Origin: Trueperaceae bacterium
GTDB lineage: Bacteria > Deinococcota > Deinococci > Deinococcales > Trueperaceae
Reading direction: 5' to 3'
DNA: 64,000 nucleotides
Assembly: GCA_040905465.1 (NCBI GenBank)
Contig: JBBDRK010000072.1
Span: 17,851-81,850, forward strand
A program made the translations under genes and the position numbers. Each line of letters opens with the position of its first letter. Positions within the stretch are counted from its first letter, which is position 1. Below, piece by piece: positions 58,862 to 64,000 of the stretch. The notes under the pieces are model-generated. The model saw nothing but the letters and a program-made list of their open reading frames with translations, was not told the origin of the DNA and did not search any database.

Positions 58862-59872
58862 ATGCGAACTATCAGGTTGGCGATGATCGGGTGTGGACGG
58901 GCGGCGGAATCGCTGCATCTACCATCCGCCGTCGTATCCAAAGGAATCGAAACGACTGTCGTGGTAGACGTAGACCCGCACCGGGCGCGCTCCATGGCCG
59001 ACGCGTACGGCGTGAAGGAGGTACGAGAGACGCCGGCGCAGGTCGCCGGCCTGGCCGACGCCGCCGTGGTGGCGCTCCCGCACCACCTGCACGCGCCGGT
59101 GACGCGAGAGCTGCTCGAGGCCGGACTGCACGTCCTGGTCGAGAAGCCTTTGGCCCTGAGCGCGGCGGAGTGCAGCGAGCTGGCTGAGTTGGCCCGGGCG
59201 CGCGGACTGACCCTGGCTGTCGCCATGGTGAGGCGACGCTTTCCCACCAGCCGCTTCATAAAGCGTGCCCTGGAGAGCGAGCTGCTGGGCACCATCGAGC
59301 AGGTGACGGTCCGCGAAGGAGCGCCCTTTCGCTGGGAGGTCAGCAGCGACTTCACGTTTCGCCGGGAGACCGGTGGCGGAGTTCTCGCCGACACCGGCGT
59401 GCACGTGCTGGACCTGCTGGGCTGGTGGTTCGGCGAGCCGCGGGTCGAGTCTTATCGTGACGACGCCTTCGGGGGCGTGGAAGCCGAGTGCGAAGTGGCA
59501 CTGACTCTGCCATCCGGCGCGAACGCCCGCGTGGAGCTCAGCCGCACCAGGGAGCTGGCGAACAGCGTAAGGATAGTCGGCAGCCGGGCCGTGCTCGAGG
59601 CGGGCAACGGTTTCGACGGGCGAGTGAGTCTCGACCTGGGAGTGGAACCGCTGGCAGGCAGCGTCCAGCCGGCCGAGCGCAGCTATCGGAATGTACGCGA
59701 GATCTTCGTGGAGCAGCTCGAGGACTTCGCCAACTCGGTCGTCTCCGGCGCGCCGCCGCTGGTGGGGCCGGAAGAGGCCTGCGTGGGCGTGCAACTGCTG
59801 GAGAGTTGCCGGGAAAGGCGGCAGCCGCTACGGCTGCCGTGGCTGGAAAGCGCTCCGGAGGTGGCAGCATGA
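58862..59872 (+). CDS. Gfo/Idh/MocA family oxidoreductase
   Basis: IGCG, HVLVEKPLA and GGGVLADTGVHVLD. Confidence 0.92.
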   Translation: MRTIRLAMIGCGRAAESLHLPSAVVSKGIETTVVVDVDPHRARSMADAYGVKEVRETPAQVAGLADAAVVALPHHLHAPVTRELLEAGLHVLVEKPLALSAAECSELAELARARGLTLAVAMVRRRFPTSRFIKRALESELLGTIEQVTVREGAPFRWEVSSDFTFRRETGGGVLADTGVHVLDLLGWWFGEPRVESYRDDAFGGVEAECEVALTLPSGANARVELSRTRELANSVRIVGSRAVLEAGNGFDGRVSLDLGVEPLAGSVQPAERSYRNVREIFVEQLEDFANSVVSGAPPLVGPEEACVGVQLLESCRERRQPLRLPWLESAPEVAA

Positions 59873-61068
59873 GCCTGCGCGGACGCGCGGTGATGGTTAC
59901 CGGGGCCACCGGCTTCATCGGCGGCAGGCTGATCGAGCGGTTGGTGCTGGAGGAGGGTGCGACGGTACGGGCGCTGGTTTCCAGCTACTCGCGCTGCGCC
60001 CGGATCGCGCGCTTTCCGGTCGACCTGATTCGTGGCGACCTGCTCGACCAGGAGTCGGTAACGGAGGCGGCCAAGGGCTGCGACGTCATCTTCCATTGCG
60101 CTTACGGCGCTCGCGGTTCACGGGAAGAACGCCGGCGTGTGAGCGTCGAGGGCACCGAAAGGGTACTGGCCGCCGCCGCGGCGAGCGGAGCGAGGCTGGT
60201 CCATCTGAGCAGCCAGATGGTCTATGGAGTGCGCGAGAGCGGTTACATCGACGAGAGCACGCCGCGCCGGCGCAGCGGCAGCACCTACGCCGACAGCAAG
60301 CTGGAGGCCGAGGAGAAGGTGATGAGGGCGGCGGCCCAAGGATTGCCGGTGACGGTGTTGCAGCCGACCGCCGTGTACGGTCCTCACGCCCCGGTGTGGA
60401 CCGTAGACGTGCTGCGGCGCATGCGCGCCGGCCGGGTGCCGCTCATCGACGGCGGCGAGGGGATCTGCAACGCAGTGTATGTAGATGATGTGGTGAGCGC
60501 GGCGCTGTTGGCGGCAAGCAGCGAGGCGGCACTGGGTGAATGCTTCCTGGTCTCGGCGGCCGAGCCGGTGACCTGGCGGGAGTTCTACGGCCGTTACGAG
60601 GCGATGCTGGGCGTGCCGGCAACGGTGCCCGTCAGCACGTCCACAACGGCCAAGCCGGTCCGGTCTCCTTCGCTGTGGCGCGAGCTGGCGGCAATGGTGC
60701 GCGAGGAGCCGCTGGTGAGGGACAGACTCAGGCGGACGGCAGAGGCCCGCCTGCTGGCGAAGCTGCTGGGCCCACTGCGGTCGCTGCGAGCCGGGACCCA
60801 GCGGCGCAGCGCAACACCCGAACTGGACCGTCTGCGTCGGCTACGAACGGTAGACGAACCGCAGGTTCATCCGGTCGCCGCCTCGGACGCTGCCTTCTTC
60901 AGCGCGCGCAGCCGGGTGCTGATCGACAAGGCCAGGCAACGGCTGGGCTACCGGCCACGGTTTTCGCTCGATGCCGGGATGGAGGTCACGGAGGTTTGGG
61001 CGCGCTGGGCGGGCCTGGTGCCCGAGGGGGAAGAGCACCAGGAGACGCTCGTGGCAGGCACGCATTGA
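59869..61068 (+). CDS. NAD-dependent epimerase/dehydratase
   Basis: TGATGFIG, FHCA, HLSS and YADSK; ATGA overlap and GGAGGT SD. Confidence 0.9.
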   Translation: MSLRGRAVMVTGATGFIGGRLIERLVLEEGATVRALVSSYSRCARIARFPVDLIRGDLLDQESVTEAAKGCDVIFHCAYGARGSREERRRVSVEGTERVLAAAAASGARLVHLSSQMVYGVRESGYIDESTPRRRSGSTYADSKLEAEEKVMRAAAQGLPVTVLQPTAVYGPHAPVWTVDVLRRMRAGRVPLIDGGEGICNAVYVDDVVSAALLAASSEAALGECFLVSAAEPVTWREFYGRYEAMLGVPATVPVSTSTTAKPVRSPSLWRELAAMVREEPLVRDRLRRTAEARLLAKLLGPLRSLRAGTQRRSATPELDRLRRLRTVDEPQVHPVAASDAAFFSARSRVLIDKARQRLGYRPRFSLDAGMEVTEVWARWAGLVPEGEEHQETLVAGTH

Positions 61069-61154
61069 CGCCGCCCGATCAGCGATCAGGATGGGCGGGT
61101 GCAGCCGAGGAAACGGTGAGCCGGCCCTGCGACCGGAGGGTAACGAGGGGCAGC

Positions 61155-62387
61155 ATGAAGAGTTTCATCAACAGAGCCGTCAACAAGCTGCATCGACTGG
61201 TACGGCGTCATACCGATTTCGACGAGACGGCCAGGGCCACGCTGCTGCCCGACGGTGTCCGCAACCCTCGCAGGTGGGCGTTGCTCTCCTACGTCATCGA
61301 GCCGTTCCTGCTCGAGCCCGGTACCCCGATTCCCAACAACCACACCAATCACTGGGAGTCGCTGCAGATGGCGCGCACGCTGCTCGACCTCGGTTTCGGG
61401 GTTGACGTCATCAGCTACCGCAACACGACCTTCGTGCCTCACCGGGAGTACGAACTGTTCGTAGGCGCGCGCACCAATTTTTCGCGGATCGCCGGCCAGC
61501 TCGGGCCGCAGTGCGTTAAGGTCGCCCATCTGGATACCGCGCACTGGCTGGTGAACAACGCCAACGCCTACCAGCGGGCTCTGGCGATCAAGCAGCGCAC
61601 CCACGCCGTGATCGACCTGCCGCGCAAGGTGGTCGAACCGAACTGGGCGATCGAGAGCGCCGACTATGCCACTATCCTGGGCAACCGCTTCACCGAAGAC
61701 ACGTATCGGTACGCCGGCAAGCCGATCTTCCGGCTGCCGCTGCCCACCTGCCAGGTGTTCGACTGGCAGGAGGGGAAGAGTTTCGACGAGAGCAGGCGCC
61801 GCTTCGTCTGGTTCGGTTCCGACGGGCTCGTCCACAAGGGCCTCGACCTGGCGCTCGAGGCGTTCGCGGAGATGGAGGACTTCGAACTGGTGGTGTGCGG
61901 GCCGATCGCTCGCGACCGCCGATTCGTCAACGCCTACCGGCGAGAGCTGTACGAATTGCCCAACATCCGGACGGTCGACTGGGTGGACATAGCCAGCGAA
62001 GAGTTCCGGGAGATCGTGGGAACGTCGCTGGCGGTGGTCTACCCGTCCTGCTCGGAGGGCGGCGGCGGCAGCGTGATCACCTGCATGCAGGCGGGTCTCA
62101 TCCCGGTGGTCACGCCCGAGGCGAGCGTGGACATCGATCCGCGCTTCGGCGTGCTCCTGAGCGACGGCTCGATCGAGGGAATCAGGATGGCGGTCAGGCG
62201 CCTGTCGGAGCGGCCGGAAGCGGAGTTGCGGGCGATGGCGCACGCATCGTGGCGGACGGCTCGCAACACCTACACCCGCGAGAGATACGGCACCGCCTTC
62301 AGGCATGTGATCGAAGGCATTCTGGAACGCAGGCCCGAGCCGGCGGCGGCGGCGCCGTTCGCCGAGATGCCGCAGGCAGCCGGCTGA
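61155..62387 (+). CDS. GT-B glycosyltransferase (GT4-like)
   Basis: HKGLDLALEAF and YPSCSEGGGGSVITCMQAGLIPV; GAGGGG SD. Confidence 0.85.
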   Translation: MKSFINRAVNKLHRLVRRHTDFDETARATLLPDGVRNPRRWALLSYVIEPFLLEPGTPIPNNHTNHWESLQMARTLLDLGFGVDVISYRNTTFVPHREYELFVGARTNFSRIAGQLGPQCVKVAHLDTAHWLVNNANAYQRALAIKQRTHAVIDLPRKVVEPNWAIESADYATILGNRFTEDTYRYAGKPIFRLPLPTCQVFDWQEGKSFDESRRRFVWFGSDGLVHKGLDLALEAFAEMEDFELVVCGPIARDRRFVNAYRRELYELPNIRTVDWVDIASEEFREIVGTSLAVVYPSCSEGGGGSVITCMQAGLIPVVTPEASVDIDPRFGVLLSDGSIEGIRMAVRRLSERPEAELRAMAHASWRTARNTYTRERYGTAFRHVIEGILERRPEPAAAAPFAEMPQAAG

Positions 62388-62415
62388 AAGGCTTACGCGA
62401 AGGATTTCGTCTCTG

Positions 62416-63681
62416 TTAGTCGGCGAGCTCGAGCATCTGCGACTGGTTTCCGCCGCCCTTCTTGGCGCGTTCGAGCGCGGAGGCGGAGTAACGGAACAGT
62501 TTCTCCGGCGTGCCCGAGATTCCTTGCTGCAACTGCAGGGAATCGAACGAGCTGATGCCGATCGATAGTGTCATCGGCGGGCCGTCCTCGCCCAGCGAGG
62601 CGGCCGCCACGTCGCGCTGAAGGCGCCGGGCGATCGCGCCGGCTCCCGCCAAGTCGGTATCGGGCAGGATGATCGCCAGGCGATAGTCGCTCAGCAACGC
62701 GATCATGTCGCCGGCACGATAGAGCGCCGCGCGCAGCGTTCGGGTCGTGCGCACCAATTCCTGGCGGACGTCATCGTCGATCTGCTCGGCGCCGCCATAC
62801 TGCTCCGCGCCGTAGTTCTTCGCAACGCCGTAGTTCTTGTCAATGCCGTGGCCCTGCTCCGAGCCGCCGCTCGCTTCCGCGCCGTTGCCGTTTGCCGGGA
62901 TGTCGTTCACCGTGTCGCCGGGGCCGGCGTCTTCGCCGGGCGAGCGGTTGTTCGCGCTGTCGTTCACCGCGCTGTTCGAGGCGCTGTTCGACCCGCCGTT
63001 CTGGGCGCCGTTCGACCGTGCCCCGAGCCCGTCGATCTCCAGCTGGATCAGCGAGATGCTCAGGCCTTCCCCCAGCGCCTTGCGCCACTCGTGCTGTAGC
63101 ATCTGGTCGAACTGCTGGCGGGTGGCGATGCCGGTGTGAGGGTCGGTGAGGGAGAGCTTCAACAGCGTGCGGGTGGCGTCTTCGAGTCCGAGCGTCAGCC
63201 GCTTCTGCTTGAGGGCTACCGCCGCCAGTGCCGCCAGCCCCTCCAGCGCCTGCTGCTCCCCCTGGTCGTAGTTGCGCGCCTCGCGGTTGAACACCACCAG
63301 CGCAGCGTCTACCCGTGCGCCGTTCATCACCGGGACCGCCAGGTACGAGGCGACGTCACGGTTGAAGAGCGCCAGGTCCTCGTCTGAGGCCGCGAAGTTG
63401 AGGTCGGGAACGAGCACGGTGCGCTTGCCGTCCCGCACGCGTGCCGCCGCGTCCGGCTCGCCCTGATGGATGAACACGAGCGTGCTGCGCAAGGGGATGA
63501 ACCGCCGCAGCGTGGAGTCGAACAGAGTTATGTCGGCATGGTCGGTGGCTGTGAGCTCGGCAGCGCAGTGCGCTACCTGCTCGAGCTGTTCCAGCAGGCG
63601 CCGGCGCTCGTTGAGGTAGCTACAAAGTTTCCACAGGACCTCAGGAACGGCGGAGGGGGCGCTCGTGGAGTTGGCGGCCAT
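62416..63681 (-). CDS. GAF + degenerate GGDEF domain protein, probably leaderless
   Basis: SYLAVPV (GAF); TDPHTGIATR, RAGD, LAIILPDTD, TLSIGIS, AKKGGGN; TACACT ends 7 nt before ATG. Confidence 0.85.
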   Translation of the reverse strand: MAANSTSAPSAVPEVLWKLCSYLNERRRLLEQLEQVAHCAAELTATDHADITLFDSTLRRFIPLRSTLVFIHQGEPDAAARVRDGKRTVLVPDLNFAASDEDLALFNRDVASYLAVPVMNGARVDAALVVFNREARNYDQGEQQALEGLAALAAVALKQKRLTLGLEDATRTLLKLSLTDPHTGIATRQQFDQMLQHEWRKALGEGLSISLIQLEIDGLGARSNGAQNGGSNSASNSAVNDSANNRSPGEDAGPGDTVNDIPANGNGAEASGGSEQGHGIDKNYGVAKNYGAEQYGGAEQIDDDVRQELVRTTRTLRAALYRAGDMIALLSDYRLAIILPDTDLAGAGAIARRLQRDVAAASLGEDGPPMTLSIGISSFDSLQLQQGISGTPEKLFRYSASALERAKKGGGNQSQMLELAD

Positions 63682-63819
63682 TCGCTACAGTGTACTGCCT
63701 CACTGTTCGCAAACGCGAGTAGAATTCCTCGCTGCGGTTTCCTGGCTGGGTGGGGGACCGGGCAATCCGCCGGCTCGGCTGGGCTACCGGCTGGGGTATG
63801 CCAGAAACTCGGCCGAGCC

Positions 63820-63850
63820 AAAAGAAAGACCCCCGGTTTTGAACCGGGGG
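63820..63850 (-). terminator. intrinsic terminator on the minus strand
   Basis: CCCCCGGTT-CAA-AACCGGGGG followed by TCTTTCTTTT. Confidence 0.85.
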
Positions 63851-63982
63851 TGTCGGACACCCGCCTTGGACTGAGAGGACCACTGGTCCGGTCTCAGAGG
63901 AGGCGCGAACCAGCTACCCTCGGCGGGCACCTCCACTGGTCATACATTTGCGTTTGATAAGAGACCACCTCCTTCCCGTGGT
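63820..63982 (-). ncRNA. candidate ~160-nt stand-alone small RNA or sORF transcript
   Basis: -10 TACACT (63994-63989), two GGAGGTG motifs, strong terminator. Confidence 0.5.
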
Positions 63983-64000
63983 GGTGAGAGTGTACTACCT

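Noticed and set aside
63962-63975. CACCTCCTT resembling the 16S rRNA 3' end
   Set aside because: No rRNA sequence upstream; it is the complement of an SD-like motif on the minus strand.

Overview
High-GC bacterial chromosomal segment. Gene content and promoter style (many TANNNT boxes 6-8 nt before a start codon with no SD) suggest Deinococcota, possibly Trueperaceae-like; this assignment is inference. Most of the window is housekeeping: DegV, asd, proB, hisZ-hisG, fadI-fadJ, an FMN-riboswitch-controlled ribD-ribE-ribBA operon, carbonic anhydrase, recQ, metG, proS, class I aldolase, ilvE, galE, ribH, a CCA/poly(A) polymerase-HD protein, coaE, an atypical transketolase, bioY and a small sugar-modification cluster. 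I found no rRNA, tRNA, CRISPR array, integrase or transposase. The most interesting signals lie between these genes. (1) An ~0.8-kb integrase-free module (small protein + nucleotidyltransferase) sits in the metG 3' end, bracketed by a 33-bp perfect duplication of that end. (2) A translationally coupled basic/acidic small-protein pair (TA-like) has a deleted paralogous copy sharing a 65-bp perfect repeat, and lies next to an ATPase/PD-(D/E)XK gene. (3) A candidate Met leader-peptide attenuator precedes metG. (4) Several promoter-coupled stand-alone sRNA/sORF candidates occur at 23.5, 43.4, 50.5 and 63.9 kb. (5) A ferritin-VIT1 gene probably starts at CTG. (6) Degenerate 12-18-bp tandem repeats repeatedly add low-complexity tails or loops to core enzymes. 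All family assignments come from motif recognition by eye; no searches were run.
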